From Limisphaerales bacterium (lineage in GTDB: Bacteria > Verrucomicrobiota > Verrucomicrobiia > Limisphaerales > CAIMTB01), in NCBI GenBank assembly GCA_046155815.1, contig JBJXFY010000148.1, forward strand, positions 1 to 61,289: a DNA stretch of 61,289 bases. Reading direction: 5' to 3'. The notes beneath the pieces are model-generated. The model worked only from the letters and a program-made list of their open reading frames with translations. It was not told the DNA's origin and made no database searches. The first letter of the stretch is position 1. Each line of letters opens with the position of its first letter. A program made the translations under genes and the position numbers. Below are positions 32,774 through 44,739 of the stretch, in pieces.

Positions 32774-34081
32774 TCATCCCACCGCCTTCACCGCCGACGT
32801 GTAAACCTCGCGCAGCGGCACGCCTGCGGCCTCGGCCGCGGCGCGGCACGACTCGTACTCGGGGCTGGCCTGCACCGCGCGGCCGTTCAGTAGGCCCAGC
32901 TTCACCTGCACCGGGCCGAAAGACGTCGCCACCTCGCGGAACTCGCGCCGCAGCTTGCGGCGCTCGGCGGTCAAGCGGCGGACGCCGAAGGCCGTGGTCT
33001 CGCGCAGCATCAGTTCCGTGAAGCGGTCCGCGTCACCCGCGGCACACAGCACGGTGAGCAGCGTGCCGGGGCGGTGCTTCTTCATCGTGACGGGCGTGTG
33101 GAACACGTCGAGCGCGCCCGCCGCCAGCGCCCGCTCCGTGAAGTGCCCGAGCACCTCGGCCGTCGTGTCGTCCAGGTTCGTCTCGAGCACGACCACGGTG
33201 TCCGTCTCCCAGTCGAGCGCCGGTGGATGGGAGCCTGTGGCGGCGGTTTCCCCCAGCACGGCCCGCACGACGTTGGGCCGGGTGTGGTTGTCCCGCGTGC
33301 CGAGGCCGTAGCCGACGCGCCGCGGCACAAGGCCGGCGATCGGGGCGAACGACTCGGCGAACTCCGCCAGCAGCGCGGCGCCCGTGGGCGTGACCAGCTC
33401 GTGCGGCTCGTCGCACTGCGTCACCGCCACGCCACGCGCGGCGAACACCTCGAGCGTGGCCGGCGCGGGCAGCGGCAGGCGCCCATGGGCGCAGCGGATG
33501 AAGCCCGTGCCCTCGATCACCGGCCCGGCCAGCACCCGTGGCCGGCCCAGCAGCTCGAGGCCGATGCATGCGCCCACGATGTCCACGATCGAGTCCACTG
33601 CGCCAACCTCGTGGAAATGCACCTCGTCCGGCGGGTGCCCGTGGATCTTGCCCTCGGCGACGGCGATGCGCCGGAACACGGCCACGGCCTTCTCCTTCAC
33701 CCACGGCGACAGCGCGCTGCCCTCGATCAGCCGCCGGATTTCCGCGAAGTCCCGGCTGTGAGCGTGATTCTCGTGCTCGTCCTCGTGGTGATGCGCGTGT
33801 GCGTGGTGGGCCGGCAAGATGCCGGCGGCACCGTGTCCGTGCCCGAGGGCTTCTTCGTGGTGGTGATGGTCGTGGCCGTGTTCGTGGGCCAGATGCACAT
33901 CCACCTTGACCCCCTCGATGCCTGACTTGCTGGCCCGGTCCACGTGCAGGTGCCAGCCTTCCACGGGCAGACTCCGCAGCTCCGCCTCGAGCCCCGCGGG
34001 ATTCACGCCCAGGTCAATCAGCGCGCCCAGGAGCATGTCGCCGCTGAGGCCGCTGAAGATGTCGAGGTACAGGGTTTGCAT
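32774..34081 (-). CDS. larC: nickel-pincer cofactor biosynthesis protein LarC (DUF111, nickel insertion)
   Basis: ATG at 34081 (MQTLYLDIFSGLSGDMLLGALIDLGV) inside ORF 32774-34444. It has a His-rich insert, HLAHEHGHDHHHHEE...HHAHAHHHEDEHENHAH. The upstream ORF extension would run through the tRNA gene. Confidence 0.88.
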   Translation of the reverse strand: MQTLYLDIFSGLSGDMLLGALIDLGVNPAGLEAELRSLPVEGWHLHVDRASKSGIEGVKVDVHLAHEHGHDHHHHEEALGHGHGAAGILPAHHAHAHHHEDEHENHAHSRDFAEIRRLIEGSALSPWVKEKAVAVFRRIAVAEGKIHGHPPDEVHFHEVGAVDSIVDIVGACIGLELLGRPRVLAGPVIEGTGFIRCAHGRLPLPAPATLEVFAARGVAVTQCDEPHELVTPTGAALLAEFAESFAPIAGLVPRRVGYGLGTRDNHTRPNVVRAVLGETAATGSHPPALDWETDTVVVLETNLDDTTAEVLGHFTERALAAGALDVFHTPVTMKKHRPGTLLTVLCAAGDADRFTELMLRETTAFGVRRLTAERRKLRREFREVATSFGPVQVKLGLLNGRAVQASPEYESCRAAAEAAGVPLREVYTSAVKAVG

Positions 34082-34172
34082 GGGCGGACGCTCCCGACTC
34101 CCAGCCCCAAGCTCCAGCAAAACTCCGCCGCCGGCCGGGCGTGCCTGCGCCCCGGGAACGGGCAAAAAGCCG

Positions 34173-34201
34173 TTGCGGGCGGCCGGGGCCGGGCCGACAG
34201 T
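34173..34201 (+). promoter_or_regulatory. promoter candidate for tRNA-Ser(GGA)
   Basis: TTGCGG, a 17-nt spacer, then GACAGT, ending 16 nt before the tRNA 5' end. The geometry matches the tRNA-Ser(CGA) candidate, but the -10 is weak. Confidence 0.3.
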
Positions 34202-34217
34202 CCGGCGCGCTTTCCGC

Positions 34218-34309
<92 letters not shown>

Positions 34310-34317
34310 CCTTTCCT

Positions 34318-34419
34318 TCGTCCTCGTCCTCCTGCTCATCCTCGTCCTCGATCCCTTCGTTCCGCAGAATGACGGGTTTCTGGGCACGAGATCGAAGGCG
34401 AGCAGGAGCACGAGCACGG
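34318..34419. repeat. long imperfect GTCCTC/GAGGAC-type hairpin downstream of tRNA-Ser(GGA)
   Basis: The left arm TCGTCCTCGTCCTCCTGCTCATCCTCGTCCTCGATC (from 34318) pairs with the right arm GATCGAAGGCGAGCAGGAGCACGAGCACGG (34390-34419) over about 30 positions, with about 5 mismatches. The loop is 36 nt. Confidence 0.7.
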
Positions 34420-34438
34420 TCCCCCGCTCCCTTGCCCG

Positions 34439-34466
34439 TTGCATCCTCCGGGCTGCCGCCTAGTTT
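34439..34466 (+). promoter_or_regulatory. sigma70-like promoter candidate for CDS 34473
   Basis: TTGCAT (34439-34444), a 16-nt spacer, then TAGTTT (34461-34466). The -10 ends 6 nt before the GTG at 34473, so the transcript would be leaderless or the true start lies downstream. Confidence 0.35.
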
Positions 34467-34472
34467 CGCGTC

Positions 34473-35789
34473 GTGAATGCGCGAGTGGCCATCGCCGCGC
34501 TGCTCGGCCTGTGCGCGGGCCTGACGGTCCTTTCCGTCTACCTGCTGCGGCAGGTGAACCGGCGCCCCGCGGACGTTCCCGAGGCCGTATCCGCCGTGCT
34601 CACCCAGCGGGTTGTCCGCGTTTTCACCAACCCGCCCGCAACCGACCGCATCGTCGTGCGCACCCTCGACTGGAGCACCGTCGAGTCCGACGACTACGCG
34701 GCGTACCTCGAGAACCTCCGTCGCATCGGCTGCCCGGAGGAGACGGTGCGCGACATCATCCTCGCGGACGTGCGGAAGCTGTACGCCCGGAAGCGCGCCG
34801 TGTTCGTGCAGCCACCGGAGGACTTCGAGTTCTGGCTCACGCCGGCCGAGCGCACCACCGCGGCGGCGGACCGGCGCAGGGCCGATGAGGAGGACGCCGC
34901 CCTGCGCGCGCTGGACCGCGAGGAGCGCGGGCTGATCCGTCGGCTGTTGGGCGCGTCTCCCGAGGCGCTGTCCCGCGCGGAGACCGGCCCCGAGCCAGGT
35001 CTGCTGCGCGAGATCGCCTTCCTGCCGGCGGAGCGCCGGGCTGCCGTGGCCGCTGTCCTCGCCAGCTTTGAGGAACGCGAGCACGACCTGCTGCTTGGCG
35101 CGGAGGACCAGGCCGCGATTCACGGGCAGCAGGCCCGGATCAAGGCCGAGCGCCGCGCCGCGCTCGCGGGCCTGCTCTCGCCGGACGAGCTGCTTGAGCA
35201 CGACCTCCGCGCCAGCCCGCTGGCCGAGGAGCTGCGCGACGCCTTCCGCGGCGCGGGCACGACGCGGGATGAGTTCGTCGAGCTTTTCAAGCTGCGGCAG
35301 GAGGCCGAGGCGGCGATGGCCGGAATCCCGGGGGAGGCGCTGGACGCAGCGACGCGCCGCGAAGCCATCGCCGCCGAGACTGAGCAGGCCGTGCGCGAGC
35401 TGCTCACACCGCAGCGCTACGCCGACTTCGAGCGCGCGCGCGACCCGGACTACCAGGTGCTCTACGATCTCGCGCTCGACCACGGCGTCGCGCCCGCCGT
35501 CGCCGTGCAGGTGTACGACATGCGCCGCACTGTGGCGGAGCAGGCCGGGCGACTCGTGGAGGATCCCCTGCTCACGTCGGATCAGAAACGCGCGGGGCTG
35601 GAGGCCATCCGCCGCGAGACGGAACGCACCATCGGCGAGGTGCTTGGCGCTCCGCTGCTCGACCTCTACCGCGAGAGCGGAGGGGAGTGGCTGGATGAAG
35701 TCACCGACACGGCCCGAATCGCCCTGACCGCCGAGATTCCGCCGCCGGAGCCGCCCGACTCGGAGCTTGCCACCACGCCGGCACCGTAG
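34473..35789 (+). CDS. hypothetical membrane-anchored protein, Arg/Glu/Ala-rich helical
   Basis: 438 aa with a GTG start. An N-terminal TM helix (AIAALLGLCAGLTVLSVYLL) is followed by W..VESDDYAAYLENLRRIGCPEETVRDIILADV and long helical repeats. No family recognised. Confidence 0.6.
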   Translation: MNARVAIAALLGLCAGLTVLSVYLLRQVNRRPADVPEAVSAVLTQRVVRVFTNPPATDRIVVRTLDWSTVESDDYAAYLENLRRIGCPEETVRDIILADVRKLYARKRAVFVQPPEDFEFWLTPAERTTAAADRRRADEEDAALRALDREERGLIRRLLGASPEALSRAETGPEPGLLREIAFLPAERRAAVAAVLASFEEREHDLLLGAEDQAAIHGQQARIKAERRAALAGLLSPDELLEHDLRASPLAEELRDAFRGAGTTRDEFVELFKLRQEAEAAMAGIPGEALDAATRREAIAAETEQAVRELLTPQRYADFERARDPDYQVLYDLALDHGVAPAVAVQVYDMRRTVAEQAGRLVEDPLLTSDQKRAGLEAIRRETERTIGEVLGAPLLDLYRESGGEWLDEVTDTARIALTAEIPPPEPPDSELATTPAP

Positions 35790-35857
35790 CCCGGGGGGCA
35801 GCCAGCTGGGTTTGGAGGTCGTGCGCGGGCCGCGTCGCCGCCAGCCTTCACCGCGGT

Positions 35858-36367
35858 TCAATAATCATACAGCCCCGGATCGCGGCTGTAGCCGGGGCCG
35901 CCGCTGGGGCCGCCTTCGCCTCCGTCGCCGCCCATGAAGTCGCCGAGCACGTCGCCCATGTCCGCCTCGATCTTGTCGGGATCCTCGCCGGCCTCGAGGC
36001 GCTTGATGGCGATGTCGAGCTCCTTGGGCATCATCCCCGGCGGCATGGCCTCCTTCATCTTGCGCATCATGTGGGCCATGTGCCGCGGATTGTTCTCGTC
36101 AAGATGGTCCATGTCCCGCTCCAGATCGGACATGGCGCGCTCCATCTTCGCGTCGTCAATGTCGGGCATCGGTTCGCCGTCGGGGCCGAGGCTGTCGGCG
36201 GCCTTGGGTTCGGCCACGCCCTTGAGCATGGCGAAGGCGCTGACCTGCTTGCTCAGATTCCGGTTGCCGCACCTCGGGCAGACGGGGGTCCGGTCCGGAT
36301 TGATGCGCTTCGAGAGGAAGCTGAAAATCTTCCGGCAGCGGGGGCAGGCGAACTCGTAGATCGGCAT
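35858..36367 (-). CDS. FmdB-family zinc-ribbon protein with long acidic/Met-rich tail
   Basis: 169 aa. MPIYEFACPRCRKIF...PVCPRCGN is the CxxC...CxxC zinc ribbon typical of FmdB-type putative regulators. Confidence 0.78.
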   Translation of the reverse strand: MPIYEFACPRCRKIFSFLSKRINPDRTPVCPRCGNRNLSKQVSAFAMLKGVAEPKAADSLGPDGEPMPDIDDAKMERAMSDLERDMDHLDENNPRHMAHMMRKMKEAMPPGMMPKELDIAIKRLEAGEDPDKIEADMGDVLGDFMGGDGGEGGPSGGPGYSRDPGLYDY

Positions 36368-36477
36368 GGTGCGGAGAAGAAGGACGGGTTGCGTGCGGGA
36401 GCGCGGGTCGGAGCAAAGGTCCGGGAGCGCGGGATGAGGACTGGGAGAAAGAGGAAGGTTAGGAGGCCAAGGCGGGG

Positions 36478-39637
<3,160 letters not shown>

Positions 39638-39640
39638 GCC

Positions 39641-40117
39641 TCAGTACATCGCAAATTGCTCGGCGTCCGCCACCCAGATCACGGTCACGCCATCGCTCTG
39701 CGAATGAAAGACCACCGCCCGCACGTCGTCCAGCGGTGCCTGGAGGGTCTGTCCGGCCAGCCCGTCGGCGTGGCCCGCCTCCCGCGCCGGGCGGGGCAGA
39801 AAGAGCACCGCCAGCGCCGCGGCCGCCCCGAGGGGCAGCAGCCAGCGCACCCAGCCGGGGGTGGGAGACGCGGCTGGCGCGGTTTGTCCCTCTGCGGCCT
39901 CGATGCCGCGCCGCACCCTCGACCAGAAGAATTCCCGGGTCTCGGGCAGCGGCCACTCCGCCCCGGCCGCACGGGCGGTGGCGCGCGCCGAGCGCAGCGC
40001 CGCCAGCGCGCGGGTGCCCGCTTCGGTGGCTGCGAGGGCCTCCGCTTCCGTGGCCTCGCGGCCGGTCAGTTGTCCGTCCATCCACGCCTGGAGGCGCAGA
40101 ATTTCATCGTGTTTCAT
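39641..40117 (-). CDS. anti-sigma factor (single-pass membrane)
   Basis: 158 aa. It overlaps the sigma-factor stop (ATGA). The N-terminus MKHDEILRLQAWMDGQLTGRE resembles the zf-HC2-type anti-sigma helix, and there is one TM helix (WLLPLGAAAALAVLFL). Confidence 0.6.
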   Translation of the reverse strand: MKHDEILRLQAWMDGQLTGREATEAEALAATEAGTRALAALRSARATARAAGAEWPLPETREFFWSRVRRGIEAAEGQTAPAASPTPGWVRWLLPLGAAAALAVLFLPRPAREAGHADGLAGQTLQAPLDDVRAVVFHSQSDGVTVIWVADAEQFAMY

Positions 40118-40719
40118 GACTTGAACTCTTCCTTGTGCCAGCGTGCGAGCAGGCCGGCCAGGCGGCGCCGGGCGTAAAACAGCCGCGACATCACGGTGCC
40201 GATCGAGATGCCCACCTCGCGGGCGATGTTCTTGTACGGCAGGCCCTCGAACTCGTGCAGCACCAGCACCGTGCGGTGTTCCGGGGTGAGCAGCTTCATG
40301 GCTTCATCAATCCGTTTCCGGGCTTCGGCCAGTTCCAACCGTCCGGTCGGGTTGGCCTCCACCGGAGGCAAGAGACGCTCAAAGGCCGTGCCGTCTTCAT
40401 CGTCGGCCGGCAGATCCTGCACCCGGAAGCGCTTCTCCTTCCGCAGATGGTCGAGGCAGACGTTGATGGCGATGCGTGTCAGCCACGTTGCGAAGCTCGA
40501 CTCGCCCTGGAAGGAGGCGATGCGCTGCCAGGCCTTGATCCAGGCGTCCTGCGCGAGATCCAGCGCCAGCTCCTCCTTGTGGACCATGAGGTAGGCGCGG
40601 GCATAGACCTTGTCGCGGTGGCGAGCCACCAGCTCCTCGAACGCCTCCATGCTCCCCCGCTGCGCCGCGCGGACGAGCAGGGGATCCTCAAGCTTGGTGT
40701 AGTCTTTCGGCAACGCCAT
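40114..40719 (-). CDS. ECF-type RNA polymerase sigma-70 factor
   Basis: 201 aa. Region 2 reads FEELVARHRDKVYARAYLMV...ALDLAQDAWIKAW...FATWLTRIAINVCLDHLRK. Region 4 reads LTPEHRTVLVLHEFEGLPYKNIAREVGISIGTVMSRLFYARRRL. Confidence 0.9.
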   Translation of the reverse strand: MALPKDYTKLEDPLLVRAAQRGSMEAFEELVARHRDKVYARAYLMVHKEELALDLAQDAWIKAWQRIASFQGESSFATWLTRIAINVCLDHLRKEKRFRVQDLPADDEDGTAFERLLPPVEANPTGRLELAEARKRIDEAMKLLTPEHRTVLVLHEFEGLPYKNIAREVGISIGTVMSRLFYARRRLAGLLARWHKEEFKS

Positions 40720-40752
40720 GGGGCGGACGCGGCCCCGGCCGGCCGCATTCGG

Positions 40753-41433
40753 TCACAAGGTGCCCTTGGTGCTGGGAATGTCACCGGCGATCCGCGGGTC
40801 GCGCCGGCACGCGAAGTCCACCGCGCGGGCCCAGGCCTTGAACAGCGCCTCGACCACGTGGTGCGGCTCGTCGCCGTACAGCCGCTCAAGGTGCAGCGCG
40901 CAGCGGGCCTCGTTGGCAAACGCCTGGAAGAACTCCTTCGCCAGCCCGAAACGGAACGCGGACGACATGTCCTGGCCCCGGTCCACGGCGGGAATCCGGC
41001 GGTACTGCATCGCGTCCAGCCCGCGCCAGACCAGCGAGGGCCGGCCGCAGAAATCCACCACCACGCGGGCCAGGGTCTCGTCCATCGGCACGTACGCCTC
41101 GCCGGTGAAGGGATTCCGCGGGTCGAAGCCGGCCCCGTAGCGGCGGAGGCCGCGCTTGTCGCCGAGCGCCCGAGCGAAGGCCTGCCCGAGCGCGAGGCCG
41201 CAGTCCTCCACCGTGTGGTGCGCGTCCACTTCCACGTCGCCGCGGCAGGTCAGGTCGAGATCCACCACCGCGTGCTTCGCGAACAGCTTCAGCATGTGGT
41301 CGAAGAACGGGATGCCGGTGGCGATCTTCGACCGGCCGCGGCCGTCCACGTCGAGGCGCAGCCGGATGTCGGTCTCGCCGGTCTGCCGGAGAACCTCGGC
41401 GGTGCGGGCCGGCGGCGAGGCGGGCTTCTTCAT
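40753..41433 (-). CDS. hisB: imidazoleglycerol-phosphate dehydratase
   Basis: RQTGETDIRLRLDVDG..KIATGIPFFDHMLKLFAKH and DAHHTVEDCGLALGQAF are the IGPD metal-binding motifs. The start is ATG 41433, or GTG 41442 overlapping the trxB stop. Confidence 0.9.
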   Translation of the reverse strand: MKKPASPPARTAEVLRQTGETDIRLRLDVDGRGRSKIATGIPFFDHMLKLFAKHAVVDLDLTCRGDVEVDAHHTVEDCGLALGQAFARALGDKRGLRRYGAGFDPRNPFTGEAYVPMDETLARVVVDFCGRPSLVWRGLDAMQYRRIPAVDRGQDMSSAFRFGLAKEFFQAFANEARCALHLERLYGDEPHHVVEALFKAWARAVDFACRRDPRIAGDIPSTKGTL

Positions 41434-41438
41434 CGCGG

Positions 41439-42368
41439 TCACGCGGCCAGCGCGGCCAGGTGGCGCTCGCAGTCAATCGCCGCCGCGCAGCCGGCGCCGG
41501 CCGCGGTCACGGCCTGCCGGTAAACGTGGTCCTGGCAGTCGCCCGCCACGAACACACCCGGCACGCTGGACTGCGTGCCGTCCTTCGCGAGCACGTAGCC
41601 GTTCTCGTCCAGTTCGATCTGGCCCTTGAACAGCGCCGTGTTTGGCGTCAGGCCGATGGCGACGAACACGCCGGCGCAGGGCAGCTCGCTCTCCACGCCG
41701 GTGGTGACGTGCTTCAGCTTCACGGCCGTGACCTTCGTCTGCCGCACGTCGAGAACGGCCGTCACCACGGAGTCCCAGACGGGCTTGATCTTGGGATGCG
41801 CCAGCACGCGGTCGGCCATGATCTTCGAGGCGCGCAGCGTGTCGCGACGGTGGACGAGGTGCACCACGGACCCAAAGCGGGTGAGGTACAGCGCCTCCTC
41901 GCAGGCCGAGTCGCCGCCACCCACGACGACGAGCGGCTGGTTGCGGAACATGGGCAGCGCGCCGTCGCAGGTGGCGCAGTAGGTGACGCCCTTGTTCTCC
42001 AGCTCCTTTTCGCCCGGGACGTGCAGGTACCGGTGACCGGCGCCGGTGGCGATGATGACCGTCTGCGCCTCGACCGGCTCGCCGTCCACGGTGAGCTTGA
42101 ACGGCCGCGCCGCGAGGTCCACGGCGTCCACGGTCGCGAACTTCACCCGCGCGCCGAAACGCTCGGCCTGCTTCTGCATCCGCGTCATCAGCTCGAAGCC
42201 GTCCACGCCCTCGGGGAAGCCGGGGAAGTTCTCCACGATGGTCGTCGTCGTGAGCAGCCCGCCGGGCATGGTGCCGGTGAGGACCAGCGGCTTCAGGTCG
42301 GCGCGCGCGGTGTAGACCGCCGCCGTGAGGCCGGCGCAGCCCGTGCCGATGATGACGACCTTTTCCAT
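41439..42368 (-). CDS. trxB: thioredoxin-disulfide reductase
   Basis: ATG at 42368 (MEKVVIIGTGCAGLTAAVY). The redox-active centre is CATCDG and the NADPH-site motif is VVVGGGDSACEEA. Confidence 0.95.
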   Translation of the reverse strand: MEKVVIIGTGCAGLTAAVYTARADLKPLVLTGTMPGGLLTTTTIVENFPGFPEGVDGFELMTRMQKQAERFGARVKFATVDAVDLAARPFKLTVDGEPVEAQTVIIATGAGHRYLHVPGEKELENKGVTYCATCDGALPMFRNQPLVVVGGGDSACEEALYLTRFGSVVHLVHRRDTLRASKIMADRVLAHPKIKPVWDSVVTAVLDVRQTKVTAVKLKHVTTGVESELPCAGVFVAIGLTPNTALFKGQIELDENGYVLAKDGTQSSVPGVFVAGDCQDHVYRQAVTAAGAGCAAAIDCERHLAALAA

Positions 42369-42474
42369 AGGAGCGGCGACCGTAGGCAGCGCCCCCCGCC
42401 GGGGCAAGGCGGGGCGGTGTGGAGACGACGCCCCGTCGCCGAAAGTATCCGCGGCGCCTTGCCGCGGTTTGCGT

Positions 42475-43473
42475 TCACCCTCCCTTCCGCAGCGCCTTCT
42501 GCGGCGGGGTCGCCATCGGGTACAGGCCGGGGCAGCAGCCGAAGACCTCGTGGAACGCCTGGCTGAAGTGGCTCAGGCTCGAGTAGCCCACTTCCATCGC
42601 CGCCTCGGTCACGTTGAAGCGCCCGGTGCGCAGCAGCTCCGCCGCCTTGTCCATGCGGACCTGCCGGAGGAACTGCGGGATGGTCATGCCCGCCTCGGTC
42701 GAGAACGTGCGGCTCAGGTAAAACGGGCTGCAGCCGACCAGCCGGCCCAGCTCCTCGAGCGTCGGCGGCTCCGCGAGGCGCTCGCGCAGCACGGCCATGG
42801 CCTTGTCCACGCGCTCGCGGGCGACGCGCTTGGCCCGCGCGCAGAAAAGCTCGTTCGACCCCGCCGGCTGGAACAGGAACTCGACCATCAGCTCCATCGC
42901 CTTGCTCTCGTACCAGAGGAGCTGCGCGGCGACATGCACCGGCGGCTCGCGCAGGCTGGCCACGATCTGCTGCTGGCGGGCGGACATCGTCACCGCCGGC
43001 CCCACTGCCGAAGCCGCCTGCGCGCCGGCCAGCAGCGGCTGCAGTGCCGGATGCAACGCCTCGACATGGCGGTCCAGATGCCGCCGCAGAAAGGCGGGTG
43101 AAAGCTCGACGGTGATGAAGCGATGCCGCTGGCCGCCGCGCCGCAGGGCCTCGAGCGGTGCCGGTCCGGCCGCGTAAAAGGCCGCGCTGAAGGGCCGCAG
43201 TTCCGCACGCTGCGGGCCGTGCGCGACGTGCCCCTGTCCGGCGAGGTTCAGGCAGATTTCCACGCTCCCGGGGTGAAAGCTGGGACTCCAGTCCACATCG
43301 TTCGTGCCGGCGGCGAACTCCTGCCATTCGAAGCTGAAGCCGAGCTCGCGGAAGCTGCCGCCGAGCTGCCGCCATTCCGCGCCGATGGCCTCCCAGACCG
43401 GGCCTTCACGAAAGGGCGGCGGCCCCGCGCGGCGGGGACGGCGGACGGGCGGCGGGGTGCGCACGGAACTCAA
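42475..43473 (-). CDS. AraC-family transcriptional regulator
   Basis: 332 aa with a TTG start as given by the ORF track. The C-terminal double HTH reads LEELGRLVGCSPFYLSRTF...NVTEAAMEVGYSSLSHFSQAFHEVFG. Confidence 0.82.
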   Translation of the reverse strand: MSSVRTPPPVRRPRRAGPPPFREGPVWEAIGAEWRQLGGSFRELGFSFEWQEFAAGTNDVDWSPSFHPGSVEICLNLAGQGHVAHGPQRAELRPFSAAFYAAGPAPLEALRRGGQRHRFITVELSPAFLRRHLDRHVEALHPALQPLLAGAQAASAVGPAVTMSARQQQIVASLREPPVHVAAQLLWYESKAMELMVEFLFQPAGSNELFCARAKRVARERVDKAMAVLRERLAEPPTLEELGRLVGCSPFYLSRTFSTEAGMTIPQFLRQVRMDKAAELLRTGRFNVTEAAMEVGYSSLSHFSQAFHEVFGCCPGLYPMATPPQKALRKGG

Positions 43474-43552
43474 GGGAGGGGCGGGCCGTCCACGACGGCC
43501 GCGGCCAACCTAGACGGCTCCCCGGATACGTCCAGCCATGGCGGCGATCGCG

Positions 43553-44734
43553 CTACAGCGCGCCCGGCTTCTGCAGCAGCGCGGCTACGCGCGTCAGCAG
43601 CCGGCCCGCGCCGCCGCCGTCCAGCACGCGGTGGTCGAAGCTCAGCGTGAGCTGCGCTTCCATCACCGGCACGAACTGGCCCTTCGCCACGTCCCACTGC
43701 GGCATCTTCCGCCCCGCGCCCAGGCCCAGCACGAGGGTCTGTTCCGGCAGGGGGATCGGCGTCGCCCACGTCAGGCCAAAGGTGCCGTAGTTGGTGACCG
43801 TCGCGATGGATCCCCCGCTGGCCTCGCGCGGGAGGCGCCGCTGGCGGGCGAGCTCGACCAGCTCGTTGTAGCTCAGCACCAGGTCGCCCAACGGCCGCTT
43901 GTCCGCGCGGCGCAGCACGGGCACGAGCACGCCGTCCTCCACCTCGACGGCGAAGCCCACGTCAATCGAGCCGGGGTGGACGATCTTCGCGCCGATGAGC
44001 CGGCCGGCCGGGGCGCTGTTCTCCGCCAGCGCGAGCGCCAGCGCGCGGATGGCGTACAGCGCGGGCCCGGGCTTCGGCTCGGAACGCCGGCGATGTTCGA
44101 GGAGCGGCTCGAGGTTGACGGACATGCCGACCGTCGCCAGCGGGCGAGTCCAGCTCCGGCGCATCGCGTCCGCGACCGCCACGCGCATCGTCGAGGCCCC
44201 GGTGGTCCGGGCGGCCTCGAGGCCGGCGACGAACTTCTCGAAATCAACGATCGTCACGCGTCCGCCCGCGCCGCTGCCCGGCAGGCCAGCGAGGTCGGCG
44301 GCGTTCAGGCCCAGATCGGCCATGCGAACCTTCATCCGCGGCGACAGGTACGTCGCGCCCTGCGCATGGACCGGGACCGGCAGCCCGCGCACGGTCGGTT
44401 CGACCTTCGGTACGGCGGCGGGCGCGGCGGGCAGGCCGCTTGGGCGGGGCGGCTCCGGGATGGGGGCTGCCGCGGCCTCCGCGTCCACGCCCTCGGCGAC
44501 CTCGAGGCGGCCGAGCAGGCAGCCGACGGGGTAGCTCTCGCCCTCGCGGGCGAGCAGCTCGGCCACGCGCCCTTCGAACGGCGCGGCCACCATCATGGTG
44601 GCCTTGTTGGTTTCGACCTCCATCACGTCCTGCCCGGCGGCGACCTCGTCGCCCGGCCGGACCAGCCAGCGAAGGACCGTGGCCTCGGCGATGGACTCGC
44701 CGAGCTGGGGCATGGTGAACAGGGCGAGGGGCAT
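43553..44734 (-). CDS. 2-oxoacid dehydrogenase complex E2 (dihydrolipoamide acyltransferase)
   Basis: ATG at 44734 (MPLALFTMPQLGESIAEATV). The lipoyl-Lys context is VMEVETNKATMMV and the catalytic motif is SFDHRVLDGG. Confidence 0.9.
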   Translation of the reverse strand: MPLALFTMPQLGESIAEATVLRWLVRPGDEVAAGQDVMEVETNKATMMVAAPFEGRVAELLAREGESYPVGCLLGRLEVAEGVDAEAAAAPIPEPPRPSGLPAAPAAVPKVEPTVRGLPVPVHAQGATYLSPRMKVRMADLGLNAADLAGLPGSGAGGRVTIVDFEKFVAGLEAARTTGASTMRVAVADAMRRSWTRPLATVGMSVNLEPLLEHRRRSEPKPGPALYAIRALALALAENSAPAGRLIGAKIVHPGSIDVGFAVEVEDGVLVPVLRRADKRPLGDLVLSYNELVELARQRRLPREASGGSIATVTNYGTFGLTWATPIPLPEQTLVLGLGAGRKMPQWDVAKGQFVPVMEAQLTLSFDHRVLDGGGAGRLLTRVAALLQKPGAL

Positions 44735-44739
44735 GGGCG

